From the NCBI GenBank assembly GCA_964255105.1, contig CAXUWE010000001.1, forward strand, positions 1 through 64,000: DNA of 64,000 nucleotides, read 5' to 3'. The position numbers and the translations under genes are program-made. Shown one piece after another: positions 11,411-23,378 of this stretch; position 1 is the stretch's first letter, and every line of letters starts with the position of its first letter. This DNA comes from Porpidia crustulata (Eukaryota). The notes beneath the pieces were generated by a model. That model was not told the origin of the DNA. It was given only the letters and a program-made list of their open reading frames with translations, and did not search any database.

Positions 11411-12629
11411 ATGAGTGTGATTCTCTGTACAGGTCTGTTGGACAATCATTGGGGATGTCATAGATCTAGCTTTGTTTAGCTGACAAGTGGAATAGCTGGG
11501 TATGATCACACGATTCGCTTCTGGGAAGCGCTGTCGGGCATCTGCTCTCGAACAATCCAGCACCCCGATTCCCAAGTAAATCGTCTCTGTATCTCTCCTG
11601 ACAAACGCTTCCTTGCTGCGGCAGGCAATCACAACGTCAAGCTTTATGATATACGCTCGACCAATCCGTCCCCTGTTCTTACTTTCGACGGCCATACCGG
11701 AAACATTACCGGTGTTGCCTTTCACTGTGAGGGTAAATGGATGGTCACCAGCTCTGAAGATGGCACCATAAAGATCTGGGACACAAGAACAGGCAGCATA
11801 CAGCGCAATTACGATCACAAGGTTCCTGTCAATGACGTCGTTATCCACCCGAATCAAGGGGAGCTGATTTCTTGTGACCGTGGTGGAAATGTTCGCGTCT
11901 GGGATCTCGGTGAGAATAAATGCACTCATCAGCTGGTACCGGAAGAGGATGTCTCAATTGCTAGCGTCACGGTCGCTAGCGATGGAACCCTCCTTTGTGC
12001 TGGCAACAATACTGTATGCAAAAGCATCCTCTTCCCTTCATGCTTATCTTCTACCGCGATGTGGTCATTGGTCGTTGAATCATCAGCAAATTGACCCATC
12101 CACCACCCCATCACCGCTCCGCATACAGCGCCTTCAAGCGACTACCCTCGATACAACTTAACTGTACTGGGCTAACCAAACCAAATAGGGGAACGTCTAT
12201 GTCTGGCGCATGCTCCAAGACCGCGACATCACCTCCCTCATTGCTGTGACCTCCTTCCAAGCTCATACCGCGTACATCACTCGGGTCCTTCTCTCCCCGG
12301 ATGTCCGCCATCTCAGTACCTGCAGCGCCGACCACAATGCCCGCATCTGGTCCGTTGATCCCAGCGCCCCGCACAGAGTCAAAGGCACCGAGAACCTGCC
12401 CCTTGACCGAAAACCAGGCGCGTTTCCGTTAGAAACGAGTCTAGACCAGCATCAGCGATGGGTGTGGGATTGCGCGTTCAGTGCAGATTCGGCGTACCTT
12501 GTGACAGCATGCAGCGACCATTACGCCAGATTGTGGGAGTTGAGCACACAGGCGGTGATAAGGCAGTACAACGGGCATCACAGGGGGGCGGTCTGTGTGG
12601 CGTTGAATGATTACTCCGAGTCCAGATGA
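11411..12629 (+). CDS. LST8: TOR complex WD40 subunit Lst8/Wat1
   Basis: MSVILCT|AGYDHTIRFWEALSGICSRTIQHPDSQVNRL ... HQRWVWDCAFSADSAYLVTACSD ... GHHRGAVCVALND; introns ~11433-11495 and ~12014-12188. Confidence 0.97.
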
Positions 12630-12950
12630 CCTGGTGCGCTCAAGGTCCTTCGAGGAATGGATGTTCTTGGGACATGCAAGCGTATGGGTTTGGTTTAAGC
12701 TATGGCGCTGGGAATGGAGTACTCGACCGGATAAATTCGGACTTGTCTTGGAGGATTAAATCGACCTAGATGAACAGATGAGAGGTATCATCGACGCTTA
12801 GGACTAATCATTCGGTAGAGGCAGGTCGTTCTCTGATCAAGCCGTGATGGCCCTTCGAGGCTCTATGGATATCATAATTTCAGAAGCCTCAGTTGCCGTC
12901 AACGCCTCCCGTGCCAAGAATACCCAAATCTCAGAAAGCGCAGGTATACC

Positions 12951-15568
12951 TCATTCCCAAGCATCACCCCAGTCATCTACCACTTCTTCTTTCGGCTTTG
13001 TATCAATAGCCTTCGTTGGTGCCACTTTTGGTTTCACAGCTGTTGCCGCCAGTCTCCTTGAGCCAGCTCCAGAACCGACGCTACCAGTCGTAGTACTTTT
13101 GATCGCTGGCGGCCTTCCGTTACTTCTTGCCGATGCAGGTTTCGCTAATCCTTTCGGCAACGGTCCTTTGGGTTTCGATTTTGATTGCGCCTGCGCGTTG
13201 AGCCAACCCTCGAAATCCGGTTCGCCACCGTCATCAAATGGCATAAGCGCCGGCTTGGCAGTTTCGGAAGAGGCATCAAAGAACGAATCTTCGGCCAATT
13301 CGCCCCATGCTTCTTCTACGTCATCTTTCTCGTCTTGGGCGTCATTGAAGAATTGGTCGGTTGAGGTCCTTGTCAGCATAGGGGCGGTGCTTTTCGTGCG
13401 GGTTTGTTTTTGGATACTTGGAACATAAGGTGCGGAGATGGTGGGACAGCTGGATTGAGTGGTTGGAACGAATGAGGTGGCACGGCCGTTTGCGGAACTG
13501 ATTTGAGGAGTCAGGCCAGTAGGCTGGGATTGTATTTCACCGCTCGCTGTAGCAAGTTTGTTGGTGAAGGATGAGATTGCCCAGCCAGTCCATGAAGTAT
13601 CGTTTTGTGGCGTTCCCATACGAGGGACACCGTTGGCCGAGCCAATTGTTGCAGGGGGCAAGGCGGTGTCGGGTAAGGTAGTTCCATACCTGCGCGTTCG
13701 TTGAACGTAGATATCGAAAGTTTTGTTGGCTTGGTCTCGGACGAGTTTCTCTTTATCGATTAATGACGCGCATAAAGCTGGTAAAATTTTCAAGGCACAA
13801 TCCTCGTCACTGAAGAGATCTGATGTTGCAGCTAGCGCTTGTAAAGATGCATTTCTTGCGTGTATGAAAGGATCTCTTAATGAGCGTGCAAAAGCTGCAA
13901 CCAAGACTTTTGGTCTAGTGTTGGCACCAAGATTCCGAGCTATCTTCCCAAGACAGATAGTTGTGTTGGTGCGAATTCCGGGCTGCTCGTCGTTAGATGT
14001 CTTTGCAAGATGCTTCAACAGCTCACCATTGATGACACGATCGGACAATTTGGTTATGATCGTTAAGACTGCCTTGACTGATTGTTCTCGAACAAGGGGA
14101 GCGAGATCGGTGAAACCTGTTGCCATTTGAGGGAAAATCTTATCAGTTACTACTTTCTGTGATAGGTAATCGATCATATTTGGTAAGCTCTCAAGCAGGC
14201 ACACACGTATGGCTCGATCTGGATTTGAGAAAAGCCTGATAATAACCGGAGTGATTTTCGAAGTGTATTCCTCCTCTGATAATTTCGATCCAATCTTCAT
14301 GACAGATGCAAATACCTTGGAGCCACCACCGCCATATTCGACGGCTTTGAGAAGTTCAGGGAGAACTTTAGTACTGAAATACTCTTCGGGAAAATCATCC
14401 TCGACCTCATCAAGTTCACTATCATATGTTAGGACGTTATAGTACTATGGGCCATCTTTGTAATTACCTCAAGAACTCTTCCTTCTCGTTATCACTCTTC
14501 AAACCGAGACTTTCGATGCCTTCAGACAGCTTGATCAGGGGTGTCTCAAAAAACCCGCCACTTCTTCTTCCTTGATCTCGGAAAAGCGAGACACTCAAGC
14601 GTGCTTTTGGATTGGGGTTTAAGAGTCGCTTGTAGCTTTGGTGCATGCTGGGCGAGATGTTTTTAGTTTGACCAATCTGGTCAGAGGTGAAGACACCCCC
14701 ATTGAAAACCTCAAGAAGGAGGAGCCCATAGCTGTATGAGTCGACTGCTGGTACTGGTTGGCGCTTGACCGTGTTCCAGTCTGACTTTGATATCTCAGGG
14801 GGAGCGTAGCGACCAGAGTCAGGAACAAGGCTTGCAAATGTCTTCGAGCACTATCAACATATGCGCACAAGATCCAGCGGCCCATACTTACGTAAATGAC
14901 AGCATCGTCGTCCGTCATAGAACTCAGAACCTCGAAGCCACCCAATCTCCATTCTCCGCTTTGGCTGATAAAGACAGAACTGAGTCTAAGACTGCCATGG
15001 ATCGACCTGGCTTCATCGTTGATGAAGGAGAGGGTGTTCTAAATGAAGTCTAAGCATATGGGCCGGCCTTGTGACATTAAACATACTGCGATCGTGTACA
15101 AGCCCCACTTTAAGGTCTCTTCGCTCAGACTTTTTCTTCGGATGGGCCACTCTAAGGGCACAACGCGCTCTGTAGCCACATAGATATACGATTCTGTCTA
15201 GTTGTCAGATCAGTATCCATGCCCATTGATTCTCCCCCACAGGCATCCTCATATACCTCAACAGTATCCAAAACTTTTATTATTCCAGGATGCCTCAGAG
15301 TTCGCATCTTACGAACAGCATTCCTAGCAAGTGGCAGTCGACCTTTGTCTGCAATGGCATCGAAGGAGAAAATACTGCACTCGGAATTGTCTTCCTAATC
15401 CATTCAAATCAGCGCTTGCTTGCATATATCAAGCACAAGACATACTCGTTTTGTGCCATTGAATAATGTCCAAATCGAATTTCCTAGAGTGACCTTATCG
15501 CCAAAAATGTAAGGAAACGGGGGCCCTTTCGATATAGCGGATGCCACCGCCAACTTGAGAAAGTCCAT
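12951..15568 (-). CDS. CEX1: SCY1-like pseudokinase with HEAT repeats (Cex1/SCYL1 family), multi-exon
   Basis: MDFLKLAVASAISKGPPFPY start, LRHPGIIKVLD kinase-like part, HEAT region (DEQPGIRTNTTICLGKIA, RSLRDPFIHAR), C-terminal DDWGDAWE. Confidence 0.9.
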
Positions 15569-17788
15569 GGTTCAAAGAATACTATGCGAGTAGGCTGGCA
15601 CGCTGGGAATGTGCGCTTCGACACTGAGTAAATTACCAAGCTAGGGGCCAATATTACATGGTGATAGAAATATAAATTCGCCATCAGTCTCTTTTACTCA
15701 GTACGATGCTTAAAGGATTCTAAGATGTCAAATCTAATCCTAGCATGGTTCTATTTGATCTCAGAAAATACTTTCTCATCCTACAGATCCTCAGCATGCA
15801 GGTAGACTTCGGACCTGCCGACTCCGGCTCATCTATGGAGATATCATACCCTTCTTATATACCGTAAGTGATGAGGTACCTGTTTTTGCTTGAATTTTCC
15901 ACTATTCAATGTTTTTCATTCACAATGTTCTTTCACGCAGTGCCAAAGTCGCCGATGTCAATGATGACTCTATGGTAAAAGGTCTGATTGCAAAACATCT
16001 CCTCATGGTCCTCGTCCCCTTTTGCATACCAGCATCACAATTATGAATCGCAGCCTTTACCAAAATGTCGCTGGTTGGCACTTCAGAAAAGCTCACAGTC
16101 TTTCCAGAGTCGATGGGTCTGATGATCAAAACCTGGAATGTACATGGCTCATCTTCTAAGGTGGCTCCACTTTACTTGGGACATCAATCCTATTTTGCTC
16201 CTCATGGATTGATGCCAAATGGCAGTGGTGTAGAGGTTTTGGCATTTACAACAATTTCAGCGAGTGCGAATGGCATGGCTGAAGGTTCCGCTCGATACTT
16301 ATTGGCTGGAGGATGGAGAACCTGAGAAGATTGCAGACTGAAGACTATTCAAAGACTGAAAAGACCTGAGACATCATGCACACTCCCACTCTTCTGTTTT
16401 TATTATTTTCCATAATGTTTCTTGGGCCTACGTTTTTAAGAGGCCTGGACTGATCGCTGACATAGAAGATGGCTTGATCTCTAGCTTGGAGCAGTCTCGT
16501 CATATTTTCATATTCGTGATCACTTTGCTTCTAGTCAATCAAAGGCTCGTTATGAAAGACTCGATTGATTCAAGCGAAACCAAGCCAGACCCACCCAGCG
16601 TACCTAGCAGGCCTCTAGCACCAAGCCATTTCTCCTCACTTTGACCACTCTTCGCTCGCCTCGATCTGTTACTCAAACGATGTCTCAAACATCAAGACTG
16701 TACGTAGAGTCAGAATAAGCTTACCTACCCCATAGCCAACACTGGCGCGCTACTAGTATTTGTATCTGGTATGTATAACTTGCCCATCTTCCAGACTTTA
16801 CTCATGTCCTATCCCTCCTCAACCTTTACCTGGACCGTTTACTATGCTCTCCATCTCCACATCTCCCTATAACCGCATACCACTAAAGCATCCATTTTGC
16901 TTTCATTCGCCCTCCACCTTCTACATCCTATTTTCCCCTTCGCCTTTCTCTTTCTCTGCCCCCTTAGCCCCGTCTATTGCCAGCTACTAGGTCCTCGCTC
17001 CCGGTTTAACTCGTGTAGGTTTAGAGTAGCCATCTCCCCCTTTACAGGCCGTAGGTGAGCTCTGTCCGCTCCAAAGTCTCGTATCGCTCATTCCGTCTTG
17101 GACAAAGTGCCTCGGGAGTGTGTGACCCATCGGGACTCGATGAGAAGCCATTTCCTTTGACATCTCCATTTCTGTGTATAAAAGGGTAGGGGCTTTCGCG
17201 ACCAGCCGTTCCATTAGTTAGTCGCTTCAGTACTTCATGAAATGTAACCATTTGTGCATCCCTTCATTCCTGCTTGCGATAATGGTGAATATGATTTTGA
17301 AGCGTTTATCAACTCTTTTCAAGGAGCCCAACGGTCAGGATAGTCTTGATGGGGTATAGTGGCAGATGTCAGGAACCGGCAGATTTTTTCGAAGATCAAA
17401 GCAAACCGAAAAGCATTAATATCACGCGTACTCAACATCAATTGCACGACCAGCCTGAACACTGGTGTGTTATTTTCGACTTTTGCTCAGAACGTTAATA
17501 GCAAAACACCATCGCTTTCCCCCCATCCTTTGCTGTTCTTCTCGCACCACTCAGCGCCCACCATGACTCCAAGAAATTTCTACAGCAGAGACCCAGCTGT
17601 TCTGTCCAGCGCTCTAAAACCCATCCAGTATGCCCACTAGCATCTATTGGCACACCGATATTGGCGACTAGAATGGAAGCTTCGAATTGTGGTACACGAA
17701 TGCCTCAAGGGTGGAATTCTAACACCCTGTTTACTCAGAAACCTTAAGAATGACCACCCTAGATGCTACACGGAGAATGGAAATGAAC

Positions 17789-19449
17789 TTAGTGCAGTCC
17801 TTCAGATTCCCCTCTGCGCAAAGCTAGCAGGGCGCGAACGTCAGTCACATACTGCAGGGCTTCTAGCATGGGTATGAGATGGACGAGGTCGTTATCAGTG
17901 GGATCATTGATCCAGCCTTCAATGGGTATTGCATTATCTATGTTGTTAATGTTAGGCTCGATTCTTTCAGCTTCAAAATCTACTTACCTTCATGGAAAAT
18001 GTAGCTCAAAGGACTGTTGTCCAGTATGATGACCTTGCTTAGATCTGGCTCGACAGAGCTGAGATCTTTTATGTACGCCCCGTTTCTGAAAGTGCAGTGC
18101 TGGCGGTAGTAGCGTCCTGAGAAGTACTTTCGCTCTTGCTCGAGCCAATCAATAACAGGGTCGGCGTACTCTTGAACCGAAGCCGTGAAAACGACGAGAT
18201 TATACCATTTCGAAACCTTTCGAAGAAAATCGTCGCAATGAGGGCGTTTATGCACGTAATAGAGAATAGGATGCTGTGGACCGACTATGGCACCGCCGTA
18301 GCCAACCGCAGTGTTCAATTTTACTTCTACCATGTGTCCGCTGCTCATTCTCCCCCCTTTCGCAAGGCTATGAATTAGGGTCTCATCTAGATCTATCACT
18401 AATGTTTTTTGTGCCAGCCTTGAAGAGGGGCGCGAAGTTGGCTGAGCAGAATAAGAGGGTTGTCGTCTTGGGATCAAAGGGCGAGGAGGAGCTGGCGTCC
18501 GAGGATACTTTGTCATTCGCAGTGATGATGCTGGTGATGTAGGAGATTTCAAGTTTGCCATCGTAAGTGCAGCTTGCCCATTGCCGTCCATGCCGGTTGC
18601 GCCAGTACTTGATAGTTTCGAGCCTTCTGCCTTTCTCTGCTTGCGACGGCGAGCGGTGTCCTCATTGTAGAGCTTGATACGAATAGAACGTCTTGCTGGC
18701 GTAGTATCATCAGATGATGATGATCCCTGAGATCTTGTTTGGCTCTGGGGGAATTTCTCGTTCACTTTATTAGTCGCCACGGGATCCAGCTCGGAGTCAG
18801 AGGTTACAGACGGGAAAGAGCTGGTCGTCGTTGGTCTACGCCGTACAGATCTATTCGTTGTTTTCCGACGTCCATTTTGGTTGTCACCGTTTGATATCGT
18901 CGGAGTTGCCCGATCTGGAGCGCCCGATAGGCCCACAGCTTGGGTTGTGGACTTACTTCCAGTCCGCCTTGGTAGAACCCGACTAAGCCTTCGAATTGGA
19001 CTAAATGGCGCGAACTTTCCCTTATCATCGTAAAGACATGTTACAACGTAGACTCCGGGAGCGCTTAATGTGTACAATAGCCATTCGAGAGACTCGGTAA
19101 GGGCATCTACCAGCCTCTTTGCGAACAGGCGAAGCTTGCTATGCTTGTGATACGGTTTCGACACTGATTTGAGTTCTTCCAGTAAAGGGAGTTTCTCATC
19201 AATGGTACCAGGGTTTTGCTGAATATTCTGATGCATTTCCGTCTCATCGTCCGTGGCCTGCGATTCTTTCTCTCCGAAGATATTGGACGGGCCGGCCTTC
19301 ACATGTTGACTAGCACTTCGCTTGGGCGGAGATTCTACATTCCCCTTGTGTATGCTACCCTCACTGAGGGACCGTGCCCGAGGACTTGGTAATGATTCTG
19401 GTGGGGTTTGGCCGATGACGCGTGCAGATAATATATTCAAGGAGTTCAT
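17789..19449 (-). CDS. NEM1: Nuclear envelope Dullard/CTDNEP1-type phosphatase
   Basis: KTLVIDLDETLIHS (DxDxT HAD motif), YYVHKRPHCDDFL, LDNSP; last exon NAIPIEGWINDPTD after an intron near 17940-17987. Confidence 0.93.
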
Positions 19450-19949
19450 GATCCTCCGAGAGCCATGAATTCCTCTTCACCCCATGTGGGCCCCTGTGGG
19501 AAGTCTGTATAGGATATCCGTTAGGATCCCTTCACCAGGGAATGCGCAAAACAAGCTAAAAGCTAACTTACCCTGGGTCCTTGCCCCTCGAGGGTGGACA
19601 CAACCGCCTACGCAAGCGAGCTTTCTACTTTCTAGAACACGGCTTCAAGAGCTATACCCGTCTTCCTCAGCCTGTAGCTTTGCACGATGTAGGTCAATGG
19701 CTTGGAATGAAGCCTTGGGGATATGTGGTGAGTGTATACGTTGCTGATCAGACGAAGTGGGGAGAGGTTGGGGATATCGGTGCTTCTTCAAGGAAGCTCG
19801 GATCCTTGCATCCCGCACTCGGTCCCAATCACTTTATGGCCATTTCACCCACGTTTCGAAGCCTACACTTGTGATTCACCCTTACAGACGGATCTATAGG
19901 GATATTTCATTCAAAGCCTATATTATGGCTGACTAGTACTCCAAGTATT

Positions 19950-20023
19950 CTAGTTCTGCCTCAGCGACTAGTTCTGCCTCAGCGACTAGTCCTGCCTCAG
20001 CGACTAGTCCTGCCTCAGCGACT
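19950..20023. repeat. 18-bp tandem repeat x4 (CTAGT[T/C]CTGCCTCAGCGA)
   Basis: Four direct copies; copies 1-2 carry T and copies 3-4 carry C at unit position 6. Confidence 0.95.
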
Positions 20024-20171
20024 GACAGCAGTGTATAGTGGTACGACACCTAAACGTTGCGACAGCTTCAAAGACCTTTGGTACCTAATTGGCAGCGAGT
20101 CGATCCCGTGAAAATTCACGGCTTTGGGTGACAGCAAGTCTCAAGATTATAGGATTTGGAAATCAAACGAT

Positions 20172-21752
20172 ATGCCGTCCTCTACCGCGGCTATGACTCC
20201 TGGCCTTACTACGTTCCTACAATCCGTCCGTAGCAGTCCAGTCGAGACTTCTATAGAAAATCTTATATCGTAAGTATGTCGATCGGAAGTCTCACGAAGA
20301 CGCAATAGTAACACAAATAGCCTCTTAAAGCGTCGTCAAATTCGTGAGTCAAGATCATGTGCAATTGCTACTGCACACCTCATGCGCCGCGTGGTCGGAG
20401 CCTTCAAGATTACCGACTATGCCAGACTCATCGAAAGAGTGCAGAAAGTGGGCCACAGGCTCGCTGCAGCCCAGCCAAAAGAAGTGGCAGTGGGAAACAT
20501 CGTACGTCGAGTCTTAGGTGTTATACGTGATGAGGCAGAGGAGGATCGAGATGGGGAAAGTGGAATGAGCGACGCCGGTACAGAATCTCGGCCACATACG
20601 CCGCGGGAGAGCGAAATTCGGAGTCTTCAGAGGCCAGGCTTTGTCTCGAGCATATCTACCTACAGCCCGCTGCGACATGGGGGGCTGGACAATCCAGAGT
20701 CACCAAAGTCTACCATTAATACGCTCTCAGAGTCATTTACAACTGACGACGGCGAAATCCCATTCCGTGCGACCCCTCTTCCGTCGCACGCCTCGTATGC
20801 CGGTACAACACCCATGACGACCTCAATGTTCAGCTTACTATCCCACCCAGCCCCAAGCGGCGTCTCCCAAAGTGTAACGCCTGGCACGCCGCCCTCCGGA
20901 AACCATACACCGCTCGCGTCCCATGCCATGGCAACTCTAAATACAGCCAAAGAGCTGAAAGATGAAGTCATCGAGGGCATAGAAGAAATCATTGACGAGC
21001 TGGATCAAGTAGACGACCAGATTGCCGGTTACGCACTCGATCATATCCATTCCAATGAAATTATCCTCACTCATGCATCGTCCGTGACTGTTCAAAAATT
21101 CCTCCTCAAGGCAGCTGCGAAGCGGAAGTTTACTGTAATTCATGCCGAAGCGTACCCTAACAACCACGAATGCGTACATGCTACGGTAACAGGCAAGCTC
21201 AAAGCTAGCACTGACGATGGATTGGAACTGGAGCTTTTCACAAAACCTCTGACAGCAGCAGGCATCACTGTTATCCTTATTCCTGATTCTGCAATCTTTG
21301 CTCTTATGTCCCGAGTCAATAAAGTCATACTCGACACACATGTGGTCCTCGCAAATGGAGGCCTAGTTGCTGCTGCAGGCGCCAAGATGATCGCCATGGC
21401 GGCTAGGATGCATCGGGCACCGGTTGTCGTGCTTACAGGGGTTTACAAGCTCAGTCCAGTTCACCCGTTTGACTTTGATGCTTTAATCGAATACGGAGAT
21501 GCAGGTAAGGTTTTCGGGTACGAGGATGGGGATTTGGTTGATAAGGTTGAGGTTGAGAACCCGCTTTTTGACTATGTACCGGCTGAATTGGTGGATCTTT
21601 ACATCACAAATCTGTTAGTCCACTTCCCGTTTCGGCTGAGTTCAATCCCGCTAAATTTTGGACGTAGCGGTGGTCATGCTCCTTCATACCTCTACCGGAT
21701 CGTCTCAGATCACTATAGGTCCGAGGACAATAGACTCGAACCATATCAATGA
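20172..21752 (+). CDS. GCD7: Translation initiation factor eIF2B beta subunit
   Basis: LLKRRQI, AAQPKEVAVGNIVRRVL, HIHSNEIILT, IPDSAIFALMSRVNKVI, NPLFDYVPAELVDLYITNL|GGHAPSYLYR; introns 20270-20320 and 21614-21667. Confidence 0.95.
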
Positions 21753-23378
21753 TTCCCGCCGTTCACAAACTTATCTATGGCGTTTCTCCTTAGATTCGAG
21801 TTTCTATCTGTGCTCCCTTCAGTAGCGGGTATCCTTGGAAGATGCTGGCTCATCAAAGCATCGGATTTTCTCTGCATCACTTTCCAAATCCTTCTCTGCT
21901 CGTCCTTTTAAATACAGCTTCACTCAACGTTTCTGCACTCTCTTCCCCAAATCAAATTATTCCTGGCTTTCACTCAGCTGCTCGTATACATGACCGCTAT
22001 CAAGCTGAATTTCACCCGTGAGGAGTTTGCCAGACTATAACAACCGCTCGCGAGCTAAAAGAATTAGTAACTAGTTACAGAAGGTGATGATCCAAGTCTG
22101 GGTAAGACAATGCCATTTGCGCTTACATTTATCATTGTAAATTACAGTTTCAAGTGAAGGCTCCGAATGCTATGGGAACTCCAAGGCTGAGAGAGGCACA
22201 CCAACAGCGAAACCGAAGTCAAACCTTAGAATGGAGCCTAGGTTTGAGACCGTTCTCCAGTTTCGATCTACGCTTGAGATTGATCACGTTAAGTCGGGAT
22301 GCTTAGCCTCAAAGGTCAATGAGTGAATAAACGAAGGCTACGCCGCTCCTTCTTGAAAGTTGACTGCCCTTGTGGTTATTTTCAAATGATCTTCAGACAT
22401 GGTACCGATCATAACATTGTTGGATCAATGTCATTAAAGACCAAACCTGGTGTAGCTAAAAATTCAGGCATAAGAACGGTGACATTAAAGTAGCAAGGTT
22501 TCATTCAGGCAGACAACTAGGGTTTATATGCACGAAGTCATTAAATTGATGTAATATCGCCAAGCTTATAGACGGGTCCGCCTCTCGGGACCATCCTTTC
22601 AGGACTCTATCAACTGCCTTCTCTACCCCTTTTAGTGCCACGCCTCCCATCTCTTTTTTTGGCTAGGCCTCAAATACTTGAAGCGTTGACTCTGTGAACG
22701 CAACGACATTCTTACTCGCCTCTCAGCTTATCCCCCAGCCAAACTTGACTTGCAATTTTAATCTCAACTTAAGCTTCCAGCTTTGGGGTCTTGCGCTTTG
22801 GCTGAAAGACTTTTGCCCACGGTTTGACGAAAGTCCTACCCGAGTGGAACTTTCAGTCCAAAGGAGATACTTGAAACCTTTTCTCCGATAATTGGAAGGT
22901 GACGCTCAAATACAGATATTCCGAGAACAGCGAAGTGACCAAAGCTGTAAAATGATTGCGTCGCTGGATACCTACAAGTACTGATAATGAGACAGGCTAA
23001 ATACCTTCGGTACAATTCATAAACGCATCCAACTCTCCATTCTACCTTGACTCCACAAAACGTTCACTGCGCGCAAGACAGGTGTCAAAATGATGACTGA
23101 TCTGGCTCGCTATGAGCAGGTCATCAACGGCGACTATGCTCGCTTATTTATGTGGGTGTCCTCGAGGTGTAGCTTAGGATACTTGACTTCGCACTCAAGA
23201 GGAATCCTGAAGCATAATTGGACAATCATAGCAAAGCCGACTGGAGTCGGTTGAAATTGATCCATGGTAGTTGTTTAAGTCAGGAATCGCTGAATTTTCC
23301 TCATGCAACCTCTGCCTCGGTACAGGAGACATATCTGACGAGCACATGGAAAACTTTTGTAACTCCCGGAGACGGCCT

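Noticed and set aside
12844..14130. Long antisense ORFs over CEX1, and similar ones over GCD7, sepH, FOL3 and ECT1
   Set aside because: They lie opposite well-conserved genes and show no independent motifs.
15868..15987. Possible C/D snoRNA (GTGATGA, ATGATGA ... CTGA)
   Set aside because: No terminal stem or recognisable rRNA guide, and the boxes overlap a splice donor and a plausible coding frame.
19950..20023. CRISPR-like array
   Set aside because: No spacers, eukaryotic context and no cas genes; it is a simple minisatellite.
22900..23270. Short plus-strand protein-like fragments (MMTDLARYEQVING...)
   Set aside because: Under 60 codons, no clear splice structure or motif; cannot be distinguished from chance.
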